64,000 nucleotides of DNA from Octopus vulgaris. Lineage: Eukaryota. Made by a program: the position numbers and the translations under genes. A model generated the notes under the pieces. The model saw nothing but the letters and a program-made list of their open reading frames with translations, did not search any database and was not told where the DNA came from. The first letter of the stretch is position 1; each line of letters opens with the position of its first letter. This document shows positions 12,640 to 24,950 of the stretch, piece after piece. The stretch covers positions 66,836,001-66,900,000 of the forward strand of contig OX597820.1 of NCBI GenBank assembly GCA_951406725.2, read 5' to 3'.

Positions 12640-13295
12640 TCTCTCCCTCATTCCCTCTGTTTTTCTCTCTCTCTCTCTTTCTCTCTCCCTCCATCCCTTC
12701 ATCTCTCAAGTTCATTCTGCCTCTCACTCCCTCATTCCTTCTTTCTCTCCTTCATCCCCTGTCTCACTCATTCCCTCTCTCTCTCACTCCCTCATTCCTT
12801 CTTTCTCTCCTTCATTCTCTATCTCGTTCTTTCATTCTCTCTCTCCTCCTTTCTCTCCATCCCCTTCTCTCTTAATCATTCCCGCTCCCTCCCTCATTCT
12901 CTATACCCCCTCTCTCTTTCTCTCCCTCATTCCCTTACTCTCTATCTATCTCCCCTCTCTATCTTTCTCTCCCTCATTCCTTCACTCTCTATTTATCTCC
13001 CCCTCTCTCTATCTCTCTCCCTTATTCCCTCACTCTCTATCTCCCCTCTCTTTCTCCTGCATTCCCTCACTCTCTATCTCCCTCTCCCTCATTCCCTCAC
13101 TCTATCTATCTCCCCGCTCTCTCTCGCTCTCTCCTGCATTCCCTCACTCTCTATCTCCCTCTCCCTCATTCCCTCACTCTATCTCCCTGCTCTCTCTCGC
13201 TCTCTCCTGCATTCCCTCACTCTCTATCTCCCCGCTCTCTATCTCTCTCTTCCTCATTCCATCACTCTCTATCTATCTCCCCTCTCTCTCTCTCC
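12640..13295. repeat. CT-rich minisatellite, about 30-40 bp unit CTCCCTCATTCCCTCACTCTCTATCT
   Basis: CATTCCCTCACTCTCTATCT-type unit recurs about 10 times between 12880 and 13295, preceded by a 60-bp duplication at 12720/12780. Confidence 0.85.
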
Positions 13296-13620
13296 CTGCC
13301 ATAGCCCTCCACGCCCTCCACCTGCTGTTAACCGGCTCCTAAATCCTAAATAATTCACCCCTATGTCCACATGTGACACCAACCACCCCTGCCACCAAGC
13401 ATACTCCCTCTCTACCTATATCACATATAAACATATCTGGCCATCAGGAAATGTTACCTTATTTTTGGAAACTGGTGGGAGTCAGAAGCAGGATGGGCAT
13501 CTGGCCAAAGAAGACCCACCACAAGCACATTCCATATGCCCCCACACCAGCCTGGAAAAGTGGACATTGAAACAATTATGATGACAATTCCCTCAACCCC
13601 AGTACTTAACTGGTACTCTA

Positions 13621-13652
<32 letters not shown>

Positions 13653-13658
<6 letters not shown>

Positions 13659-13828
13659 TATAATTATAAACATAATTATAATCAGGGGTCAGCTAATTGC
13701 TTCGCCAGGCACCGAATTTAGAAATAGGAGTTAAAATACCTTTTCCGCTACCATAAATATCTCCCAGGCAGTAACACACTTTTTTTTATTTAAAAACTCC
13801 CTGATTATAATTTATAATTATAGAATAT
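13653..13828. mobile_element. Small inverted-repeat element (MITE-like)
   Basis: ATATTCTATAATTATAAA(cataa)TTATAATCAGGG ... CCCTGATTATAATTTATAATTATAGAATAT, about 30-bp inverted arms next to a (TA)n run. Confidence 0.6.
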
Positions 13829-13886
13829 TTTTACCTAAAAAGGTAAAATTATTAATTGATTAATTAATTAATTAATTTTACCCTTT

Positions 13887-13923
<37 letters not shown>

Positions 13924-13928
<5 letters not shown>

Positions 13929-14134
13929 GAGGGTGTGCTGAAAAGTTCATGGCTTTGGGTAAAAGAAAATACAGAAGGATCAATTAATTATGGTTTTATT
14001 TAGCGTATTCTGCTCTCAGATTCTCATACTTATTGCAGCGGTCCTTCAGTTTTTCTAAGCCTTGTAAAAGAACACAGAAGCTTTGGCTTCTAACCAGGCC
14101 TTTAAAGCCAGGAATGTTTTAGCACCCTCTCGTA
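13924..14134. mobile_element. Mariner-derived MITE
   Basis: TA-flanked TIRs TACATGAGGGTGTGCTGAAAAGTTCATGGCTTT and AAAGCCAGGAATGTTTTAGCACCCTCTCGTA; mariner-type TACGAGGG terminus. Confidence 0.85.
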
Positions 14135-14139
14135 AATGG

Positions 14140-14325
14140 CACAGCCATGGCTGTGTGGTTCAGTTTGCTTTGCAACCATGAAGTTTTGGATTCAGTCCCA
14201 CTACACAGCACCCTGGGGAAATTTCTAGTATAACCCTGAGCCAACCAGTAACTTAGGAGTGAATTTGGGAAATGAAAATTGGAAAATTGTGTGGAAGCCC
14301 AGTGTGTGTGTGTGAGTATTTTTAA
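14140..14325 (+). mobile_element. SINE family A/B 5' part, diverged
   Basis: ATGGCTGTGTGG..GCTTTGCAACCA..GATTCAGTCCCACT..GTGAATTTGG. Confidence 0.7.
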
Positions 14326-15144
14326 ATTCGTTTGACCCCACCACCACCATTGCCTTCCTCTGACCCAATGCTCAAAAGGTGTCTTTTACATGACATAGGT
14401 ATTGGCCACATTGCCTCCATGAGGCCCGCTTAAAAGGTGCTTTTCATGTGACACCAGCAGGAGTACCAGTTACATGATACCGACATCAAGAAATTATTTT
14501 CAAAAAAGGTGGAAAAAGGCAGATGATGTTGTATCATCGCAAAACAGCAGGGGACATCATGTCTGTGAGGGGTTATTAAACAAAGAATGGTCACTCAGCA
14601 GTAACAAATGAAATTCGCAGAATAGAATTACTTCTTTAAATGTTGGCAATTTGTCATAGATAGGCATGGGGTGGGTTGCAATGGCGACAAGGGGGTTGAT
14701 ATTATGGTGGTCATGGTGTGAACAGTAGGAGGTAATAATGATGGTCCTTGTGGTGTTTGTGTTGGCAAGGGACGGGGTAATAGTTGTGGAGGTTGTTGTA
14801 AAGGTGGTGCTGATAGCAGTTGTGAGTGGTGGTGGTGAATGTAACGATTGTTATCAGATGTGGTTATTAGTTGTGTTTGAGAGATCATGATTGTGGTGGT
14901 GGTGGTGGTGGTCATGATGATCATAGATGTGGTAGTAGTGGTAGTAATTATCGTCGTTGCAATAGTAATAACGATTATTGTAGTTTTGGTGGTGGTTGTG
15001 GTGATAGTAATAAATATATGTGGCCATGCTGGAGCATTGCCTTGAAGAATTGTAGCCAAACAAATCAACCCCAGTACTTATGCTTAGTGTAGTAGTGGTG
15101 ACAGTGATGATTTTGTAGTTATGATGGTAGTAGTAGTAGTAGTG

Positions 15145-15187
<43 letters not shown>

Positions 15188-15699
15188 ATGTAGTAGTTTG
15201 TGGTGGTGGCAGTGTCATTGGAACAGTTGTGATGGTTGTGGTGGTGGTAGTCATGTTTGTTGTGATTGTTATGGTGATAGTGATGATTATTGTATTGGTC
15301 AGTGGTGTTGGTGATGATGCAGTAGCAGTTTTGTAGTGGTGGTGGTGGCAGTGGCAGTAGTGGTGGTAGCAGTAGAGGTTGTAATGACTCAGCCTAAACC
15401 TCAGTTGGTTGAAAGTCAAAGGAGAAATGAAAACAAATGGTTTCTAGAAGCAGATAATTCAGATAGTTTCCAGGGGCAGATAACTCAGTTTTCAGGGTCA
15501 GATAATTTATGCAAAAAAAAAAAAAAAGTAACCACGAAGTGTTCCAGGCTGTTTCTTGGTGGTTGTGATAGAATGGAACTGTAATGAGGTCACCTCTGAA
15601 CTTTCTGAAAGGGACAACTACTGACCAGGTCTCAAGTATGAGACCATCGTACAAGAACCGTTCTTCATCTCCAGTTTTCAGTGGGAAAAACACTTCTGA

Positions 15700-15845
15700 C
15701 CAATGGGAGCAATTGTCTCCTTGCTTAGAAACCGGTAAGGGTTGGTGACAGGAAGGGCATCCAACTGTAGAAAATCTACCTCAACAAATTTTGACTGACC
15801 CATACAAGCAAGGAAAAGTGGACATTAAGCAATGATGATGTGATG
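15700..15845 (+). mobile_element. SINE B / RTE-like 3' tail fragment
   Basis: GGAAGGGCATCCAACTGTAGAAAATC...AAAAGTGGACATTAAG plus (GAT)n. Confidence 0.75.
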
Positions 15846-16543
15846 AGGGTGGGGATGATGATGCTGATAATGATGGTGAAAATAGTGATGGTAACGATGA
15901 TGATGATGATGACAACAACTGTGACAGTGTTGCTGAGAATGATGGTGGTGGTAGTGGTGGCGATTGGGTAATGCAGTCCACTGCTTTACACGTCAGATTG
16001 GCTATGACAAAATCATAGGTCTTGGTCATTGACCCGCTTGATCAGAGGCCATCCAGACGATGGCCACAGCATATGAAAAATATTAACAGGTTATATAGTT
16101 CACTACTGTCAGCGACCAGACTCAAACTTTTTTTTTCTACATACAGATGTGGGGCAGTGAGGTCAATATTCCTACCATCCCCATTTGCAACAGAATTTTG
16201 TCTTCAAGGTTCTTCCAAAATTACTTCCATAAAAGTAGATCACTTGACGACATTACTTTCTTCTTAGTCTCTTTTGTCTCTCACTCTCTCTCTCCCTCAA
16301 CTTCTCTCACTCTCTCTTTTCATGCGCTAGTTGCTCAGTTCCAAGATTCTTTAACTTGTCTATCAAATTCATTTATTTACTTTACCCACTTCTCCCTTGG
16401 TTATACCCCGTTATGAGGAGGGATACTTTTGAGGTGCTTGGGGTTCGGATGGGTGGAATACTTACACAGGTGTGGGAGAAGAGAGAAAGGGGTATTTAAT
16501 TCATCCCTCACCACCATTCGATTAAACAGGAAGTAAAACAAAT

Positions 16544-16576
<33 letters not shown>

Positions 16577-17109
16577 CACACATATGTATGTATATATTTA
16601 TAGTCATATGCATACATGTGTGTGTGTGTTTGTGTGTATAATTATGGTTATTAAACACCAGCTGCACTATCTTGCACCCGCCCCACTCCCTATCTCTAGA
16701 TGGGAAAGTGGAGAAGATGGGGCCAACAGATCAAAGAGGTATCAGAATACGAGCCAGAAAGTTCTTCACTTTCATATTCTTCACTTAATTTGTCATATAT
16801 TAATATTTTTATATATATACATAGATATATCATCATCATCATCATCATTAATATGTGTGTGTATACATGTTATAGAACACACATAAACAAACTATGCATA
16901 CACACACATATACTCATGTGTGCGCACACACATACACATGTTTGTTTATGTGTACATGTGTGTGTGTTAGTTACATAGTGTGTGTGTGTTTTCTTTACAA
17001 ATTTCAAGCCAGATCTTTTCAAGAGCTGGAAATCGGTCATCTTTCAGTTTGGAGACATTACATTGTAAAACAGGAAATTTGAACTCAGCAAGTGCAGGCA
17101 CACATGTGG

Positions 17110-17168
<59 letters not shown>

Positions 17169-17469
17169 ATACACATACACGCACACACAACCCATTCTCA
17201 TTCTTGTTTGTTGTTGCTTTTGTTGTTTTGGTATGTTTATAAGTTTGGTTATTGGCTCAGTAAATGTGCAGCTGTAGTGAGGTGAAGAAGATGTCTCTGG
17301 TACCAGCAGCTCACCACTATCACCACCACCACCACCACCTCCCACCCCACCTCCTTCACTGGAGGGAAAATGAAAGAAAGAGGGGAAAAAAAAACATCTG
17401 TTGGCAAATGTTTCAGACAAGCAATATTCATTCATTCAATGGACATCCAGATTGGCAGATGTACGAAAA

Positions 17470-17672
17470 GAGACAGACAGACAGACAGACAAAGAGAGAC
17501 ACTGGCTGACAGACAGACAGATAGACAGACAAGAATCATATATAGACAAAAAGCTGGACAGACAGACAGACAAAGATAGACACTGACTGACAGACAGACA
17601 AGAATCATACAGACAAAAAGCTGGACAGACAGACAGACAAAAAGAGACGCTGATTGACAGACAGACAGACAC
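17470..17672. repeat. (GACA)n tract with about 70-bp higher-order duplication
   Basis: GACAAGAATCATA..AGACAAAAAGCTGGACAGACAGACAGACAAA occurs twice. Confidence 0.85.
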
Positions 17673-17977
17673 AACAGATGGTCTGATAGTTAAACAAGAC
17701 TAACAAGATGGAACTAGATCAACAAAACAAAGAACTAACCCCAAACATTGTTTGTTTGTGTGTGTGGTGGTAGTGGTGGTGGTATTTCCTACTTTTCATA
17801 TTTACAATATCTTTTTGTTTTTAGGCTTTTAGTGGTGGTCGTGGTGGTATTGGTGGTGGGTTGTATGTTTCTTTGTGTTATGATAAACACAATTAAATTT
17901 TTGGTTCAAGATCTTGATGTTTCAGACATTGGTACGACTGTGTGTGTGTGTGTGTGTGCATGCGGAGGCAGGTCTTC

Positions 17978-18015
<38 letters not shown>

Positions 18016-18172
18016 TGTGTCTGTGTCTGTGTGGGCATAGGTGTGGCTGTGTGGTTTAAGAAGCACTTTGCCCAAGTGTCTTCTACTGTAGCTTCAGGCT
18101 GACCAAAGCCTTGTAAGTTGATTTAGTAGAAACTGAAAGAGACCCATCATATATATATATATATATATATAG

Positions 18173-18432
18173 CAGAGATGTACTTGCATAGCAAGTGACC
18201 TGATCTGAGATTGTGTGCTGAAATGAAAACAACTGCAGCATGGAAGGTGTTTTATAAGCCAGTTAAAACACACAAAAATCATTAGATGCAGCATAGAATT
18301 TTGTCAGTGAACAGGTCATGGTCTCAAAGCGCTGAAAATATTTTGGCAAATTAAATTTAAATTTTGAAGTGAATTTAGCGGTTTTTGTGTGTTTTAAATG
18401 GCTTATAAACACCTTCCGCACTGCAATTGTTT
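18173..18432. mobile_element. Long-inverted-repeat element (fold-back/MITE) nested in the (TA)n of a SINE (18037-18500)
   Basis: About 60-bp arms at 18227-18287 and 18373-18432 (GGAAGGTGTTTTATAAGCCAGTTAAAACACACAAAAA / TTTTTGTGTGTTTTAAATGGCTTATAAACACCTTCC). Confidence 0.75.
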
Positions 18433-18524
18433 ATGTATATATGGAGTTAATTTGTAGAAAATATGCCTCAAATTAACTCCATATTAGCATGGAAAAGTGA
18501 ATCAATGAATGAATGTATACTGAT

Positions 18525-18742
18525 AATCGTTTCAACTCTAGGCACAAGGCCCGGAATTTGGAGGGAGAGGGCCAGTTGATTAGATCGACCCCAGTACGCA
18601 ACTGGTGTTTAATTTATTGAACCTGAAAGGGAGAAAGGCAAAGTCAACCTCGGTAGAATTTGAACTCAGAACACAAAGACAAACAAAATACCACTAAGCG
18701 TTTCACCCAGCGTGCTAACGTTTCTGCCAGCTCACTGCCTTC
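18525..18742 (-). mobile_element. SINE family C, full length
   Basis: CTAGGCACAAGGCCC...TCGACCCCAGTAC...GAATTTGAACTCAGAAC...TTCTGCCAGCTCACTGCCTT. Confidence 0.9.
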
Positions 18743-20653
18743 AATGAATACTCATAATGATGATGACGACTAATACTAATATCACCACCACTGCTACTAA
18801 TACTACTACTACCACCATCATCACCACCAACACTACTACTACTACTGTTATATATTATGATTTCACTTAGGGCTTGAGTGCACAGCTTCTTATAACAGAA
18901 ACAGCTGTAAGCTAATGGAGTTGGCATTGGTATTGATGTATATATATATATATATGTATATGTGTATATATATGTTTATATATGTATGTATATTTGTATG
19001 TTTATATGAAAGTATGTATGTATGTAATATATATATGTGTGTGTGTGTGTGTGGATATGTGTGTATATGTACATATACATATATATATATATATATAAAT
19101 ATATATAAATATAAATATATATTTATATATATATACACACAGACACACACATATATACACACAACATTCATTCATGCATTATACATACATATATACGTGC
19201 GCGTGCGCACATTGCCTGCGGTTGCTTTTAAAGTATGGTAGAGTTCATTATGGTGACTATAAATCTATGTCAGAGTGAATTTCTTGTGCTCACCCCACCC
19301 ATCCCCTCTGTCATCCTTGTTTGATGTGGAATTTTTATTATCATATTCGAAACCAGCAGGGATGGAGGAGGGGAGGAAGGGTAGAACGAAGAAGGGAGGC
19401 AGAGCTTTCAGATTTATTGCTTCTCACCTGATCCTTTAAACAGCTCCTCCTTGTTCATCATATTATCCTCCACCCCTCTCCCTTTCTCTCTCTCTCTCTC
19501 TTCCTCTTCCTCACTCTCTCTTCTTCATGATGCCATCCATGCCGTGGGCATGATAGTTCTTCTCGCCTTAGGTACCACACCTTCAGCAAAGGCAAGACAC
19601 CAATTTGCCTGTTTGAGACTGTCTCTTTCGAATCATTCTCCACACCTGTTTGTAATTATATACAGCTACTTAAATACTAAGATACCATCCAGCAGTAAAT
19701 ATATATCATATATAAATTATCCTATAATTTAATATATTACAGGATATCTGTATGTTTATATATATATATATACTTGTATGTATGTATGTATGTATATATA
19801 TGTATGCATATATGTATGTATGTATGTATATATATATATATGTATGCATATATATATATATATATATGTATGCATATATGAGTGTATATATATATATACA
19901 CACATACACACACACATATATACATATATACTCACGCAACACTACTTGGTTTACACCTGCATATATATGCACGTACACATATACATGCACACAAATATAT
20001 GTATGTGTATGCTCGTATGTGTGTGTGTGTGTGTGTGCATGTTGAAATGTGCATGTGTGTGTGTGTATGTGATCTTCCCACTTTCAAAGGCTTCAGCCTT
20101 TTCTCAGAATCTCAGAGATAACTATGCATACAGACATGCGTAGGCAGTATATACACATGTGCATATAGAAATTCCAGAGGGCTATATACAACTACCAAAG
20201 CACCTTGTTTATAACAGAATGGCAATAGGGTTTCTAGTTCAGTTCCAGGTCAGCAGAACTTTGTTCGAAAATGTTCCAGTTCTATCAAAGCCATCTTTTT
20301 TCCTTTTTGTCTTTTTTTTTTTTTTTTTGGCATACATAGTTTTTTGTTCGTTTGTTACATCAGATCCCAATGCTGGCTGTTCAAAAACCAAATGGTCAGA
20401 TTTCCAATCCTGGGATCATCCTGATTCCAGAAAGGTGTAATATGTCCATACAGAGCAAATGTAGACTAAGATACAGGGGTCCTGAGCAGACAAGATATGA
20501 AATGAGTAAGGGGACCAACAAAAGAAAAGGCACTCAACACATTTAGTAGTTCAGTAATATAACCCTTAAACAGATGGGTTTCTGCTAGAAGCTTGTGGAA
20601 CTTAAAGTCACATGGAACTGAATCAAACTATTTTAAACAATAATAATAATAAC

Positions 20654-20688
<35 letters not shown>

Positions 20689-21303
20689 GGCATTATAAAA
20701 TCAAAACTGCTGACAAATGTTATAAACACCATCCTGGAGCTATGACTGAGGGAGAAAATGTGTTGACTCTCTGGGACTTCCTCGTACATACCAACAAAAC
20801 TATAAAAGCTAATAAACCAGATATTATTATAAAAGATCAGACAAAAAAGGTGTTTTTGTTTATTGACATGAGTATTCCTTGCGATCACAATATAGCGGCA
20901 AAAGAATTTGACAAGATCAATAAATATAATGACTTGCTAATAGAAACTCAAAAAAGGTGGCATCTGAAGGCGACTACTGTAGGATCTCTAGGAATGATAT
21001 AAAAAAAGGTACTGAAACCTATTTGAAAATGATACCAGGCTTACCATCCCTACAGGAAGTGCAAAAAATCATGTTAACTGGAATGACTCATATACTGAGA
21101 AGAGCATTATCGCTGTGAAAACAACATCCATTCATGAATTTATTTATTTATTCATTCATTTTTTTAAATACATATTTTACCTGTGAATTTGCATGTGTAA
21201 TATGGGGATACATACAATGAACTTCTCTGCCCCAGGTGTACGGAAAACACCCAGTGAGAAATGGAAGAAAATTTGAAGAAATAAGGAGAAAAAAAAATGA
21301 CAA
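20689..21303 (+). mobile_element. 5'-truncated R4/Dong-clade non-LTR retrotransposon (restriction-like endonuclease C-terminus plus 3' UTR), pseudogenised
   Basis: Translation HYKIK..YKHHP..TEGENVLTLWDF..TNKTIKANKPDIII.D....LFIDMSIPCDHNI..KE.DK..KY.DL.IE....W...T.GSLGMI, then a frameshift, then KKGTETYLKMIPGLPSLQEVQKIMLTGMTHILRRALSL* (stop 21116-21118). This is the PD..D..K RLE signature of R4/Dong. (TAA)n on both sides. Confidence 0.85.
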
Positions 21304-22099
21304 CAATAATAATAATAATAATAATAATGTGTGTGTGTGATCTCCCTCTTCTCTTGATATTTGCCTGTTGATTTTAAGTTGAAGAAATACTGGTATTTTT
21401 TTGTTTTTATGCAATCTTGCATGAAAACATGTTTGGCCATTGAGCTGTTTGTTATTCAAAAGATTAAGAGGACTTATTTGCTTTGCTTAAAAACAGGTGA
21501 TTGTTGGCAACAACAAGAGCTTCCTTCCATTCAGCCATTAAAAACCTGATTCAGCAAAACTGTATTTGACCCATCCATTGCAAGCATATATAAAAAAGGA
21601 AAAAAAAAAAAAAAGAACCATAAAACAGTGGTAATGATGATCAGGGTAGCTTGTGATTTGAAGGAGAGTGATTTTTAGCTACTAATTCTAACAGTCTGAG
21701 TGGCCTGGCCAGCATCTCTTGTTGGTGACTAAAGCAGGAAGAAATGTTAATATTCCTGAATAAATTAGAACTTCTGATCTTTAAGATAAGTGGTCTACCG
21801 ATAAACACTTTCAAGACGCTTCAATCACCATCAATTTCAGTTAGCAGAATAGAAAAGAATTAATTTGTTCTTGTAATCATTGTTGATGTTGTTGATATCG
21901 TTATTGTTGGTGTTATTGCTATTGTTGTTGTTGTATGGCCTCAATCAACTCTAATTGAGATTTATTCTCATTGAACCTAAACAATTAAGACGTTACTATT
22001 TGCATTGATTGCAATAATTTCTCACAAAGATCACAGTTATTCTTGTTGTTGTTACTGCTGCCATTGTTTATGTTGTTGTTGTTGTTGTTGTTCATTCCT

Positions 22100-22145
22100 T
22101 ATCGTTTAATTGTTTTTCTTTCTTTCCATTTATTTACAGGTAAGT
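22100..22145 (+). other. Candidate recursive splice site (ratchet point): polypyrimidine tract-CAG|GTAAGT
   Basis: tttaattgtttttctttctttccatttatttaCAG|GTAAGT: strong 3' splice site fused to a perfect 5' splice site in non-repeat sequence. Confidence 0.55.
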
Positions 22146-22416
22146 TAATGCTGGAATTTTCAATTGAAATCTTTTACAAAGGTCAGCCGATGTTTGCTGA
22201 AGGTCAGTCATGTGCTCTTATCAATCTCTCTCTCCCCCTACTGCACTCTCTCTCCCTCTCTCTCCTTCCCCTCTCCCTCTCTCTCCCTCCTCCCTCTCTT
22301 TCTCACATGGTCACCATCACCACATTTCTCTGCTACTCACTTTTGACTTTCCAATACTACAGCAGTTATTGCTGCACCTTTTACTGCTGTTACCATGTGT
22401 GTGGGGGGAGGGGTGT

Positions 22417-22461
<45 letters not shown>

Positions 22462-22610
22462 CTTATATACATATCTTATATGCATAGATGTATATAATTA
22501 TATGTGTAATGAATTTGTATCGCTTTTCCAGTTGCATCCTTACCATGTCAAGGAGTATGGTAGTAGTTGCATCTTTACAAATCAAGTTTTGTATATATTT
22601 ATACACACAC

Positions 22611-22652
<42 letters not shown>

Positions 22653-22708
22653 CAGTAGCTATGTGCTTCAGGTTATAAGCATGAAGTAACTATCTGCTTC
22701 AGGCAATA

Positions 22709-22740
<32 letters not shown>

Positions 22741-22918
22741 TGTATGTGCACACACAGGTATTTCTCCATGTATCTTTTTATCTTGGTAACTGAGTGCTTC
22801 AAAATGCAATCTCATGAAGCCCTCTCTAACCCATGCTGACATAGAAAAATAGATGTCAAAAATGGTGTGTACATATATATGTTTGTAGTGTGTATGAGTG
22901 TATATGATGATATAGTTA

Positions 22919-23241
22919 AAGCCTGTGGCTTAGTGGTTGGGGTATTCAGCTCATGGTTATAAGGTCATGAGTTCAATTCCTGGCAACGCGTTGTGTCCTT
23001 GAGCAAGACACTTTATTTCACATTGCTCCAGTTCACTCAGCTGGCAAAAAATGAGTAATGCCCTGTATTTCAAAGGGCCAGCCTCATCATACTCTGTGTC
23101 ATGCTGGATCTCCCTGAGAACTATGTTGAGGGTACGAGTGTCTGTGGTGTACTCGACCACTTTGCACGTTAATTTCACGAACAGGCTTTTCCGTTGTTCA
23201 GATCAACTGTATTCCTCATTGCTTTAACCAATGGAGTGCCA
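22919..23241 (+). mobile_element. tRNA-derived SINE family D
   Basis: A-box GTGGCTTAGTGG, B-box GAGTTCAATTCC, followed by TGTGTCCTTGAGCAAGACACT (CORE/V-SINE-like motif) and CACTCAGCTG..AAATGAGTA. Confidence 0.8.
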
Positions 23242-23629
23242 TTTTTGCTTTTTAAACAATGATACAGTTTTTCACTTGAATAAAAAAAAATAACACCTAA
23301 ATAAATAAAATATCTAAAAATAACAAAACAAAAATTTATCTAAAAGTATTATTGTTTATTAAATTTCGGTGAAGATTCCAGAAGATGAAAATTATTCTGC
23401 ATTTCCACCAATACATAATGATGATATTTTTATAGTAAATCATTATATTAATTATTGATTTCTATTTTTGCATCATGCATGATTCCTGGACTAACTTTTC
23501 TTTTCATGTTAACCTCGTAGGTTCAAAATAATTTAGTTCAAAATCTGATGTTCAGATATAAATATTAGAGGAAATGTGTTTCAAGGATAAAAGAAAAAAA
23601 AAAAAAAACTCCTAGGAGAGCACTTAATC

Positions 23630-24950
23630 ATAGTTTCAAATTTTGGTACAAAGCCAATAGTTTTTGAGGAGTGTGTAAGCTTATTACAGCAACCCCAATG
23701 TTTGACTGCTACTTACTTATTTTATCGACCCTGAAACTATTAAAGCAAACTTGACCTTAGCAGAATTTGATCTCGGAACATAAAGAGCTGACAGAAATGC
23801 CATTATGTATTTTGTCTGATGTGATAATATTGCAGGAGATTGTGAGGGGAGATTTTTTTAGCCAATTGATGTGATCCAAGTACTCAACTGGTACTTTATT
23901 TTATCAACCTTATAAGGATAAATGCAAGAGTTGACCATGGCAGGGATTGAACTCAGAATGTAAAGAATCACGAGTAACCACATATGCAGAAGTAGAATGA
24001 TAATGTAACAAGAAATTAGGAAAGCTACTTTGACCAAACCACTATGCTCTTCTTCCACATAGGAATTTTGTCCAATGCACTGACAATCCAACCAGTCCAC
24101 TCCCCTCTTAATAATAATGGTAATAATATTTTTACTACTCTAGGCATAAGGCCCAAAATTTTGGGGAAGGAGGCCAGTCAATTAGATTGACCCCAGTGTG
24201 CAACTGGTACTTAATTTATCGACCCCCAAAAGAATGAAAGACAAAGTCGACCTCGGCGGAATTTGAACTCAGAATGTAGCGGCAGACAAAATACCACTAA
24301 GCATTTTTCCCAGCATGCTAACAATTCTGCCAGCTCGCCGCCTTTATATTAATAATAATGATGATGATGATAATTATAATAATAAGAAGAAGAAGGAGGA
24401 GGATAATAATAATCATGCTTTCTACTATAGTCACAAGGCCTGAAATTTTGATGGGAAAGATCTCATCAATTACACTGACCCTGGTAATCAACTGGTGCTT
24501 ATCGTCCTGGAAAGGTAGGAGAGTAAAGTTGACCTTGGCTGAATTTGAACCCAGGACATAAAGATGAATGAAATTCTGCTAAGCTGCTTGTTCAGTGTGC
24601 TAACAATTCTGCCAGCTTACCACCTTGAAGGCAAGGTTGGTGTCAGCAGAATTTGAACTCAGAATGTAAAGCTGGAAAAAAAGAAAAAAACGCAGCCAAG
24701 CATTTTGGTCTGGCATGCTAATGATTCTGCCAAGAAGAAGAAGAATTTTCTGATTTAGATACAAGGCTAACAATTGTGATGGGAGGAGGAGGAGGAGGAG
24801 GAGGAAGAGGAAGAGTTGATACTATTGACCCTTTCCCTAGTATTTAACTAGTACATTATTTTATTGGCTCCCTAAAGGATGAAAATCAAAATTGACCTCA
24901 ATGGAAATTTGAACTCAGAAATATTAGAACTGGAAGTATTATCTCAAAAC
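23630..24950 (-). mobile_element. Second head-to-tail cluster of about six SINE family C copies of differing divergence
   Basis: GAATTTGAACTCAGAA-type B-box reverse complements at about 23763, 23945, 24259, 24541, 24648 and 24906; best copy 24130-24345. Confidence 0.85.

Noticed and set aside
16128-16170. Possible micro-exon after TTTTTTTTTCTACATACAG
   Set aside because: The following donor (GAG|GTCAAT) is poor and no recognisable peptide results.
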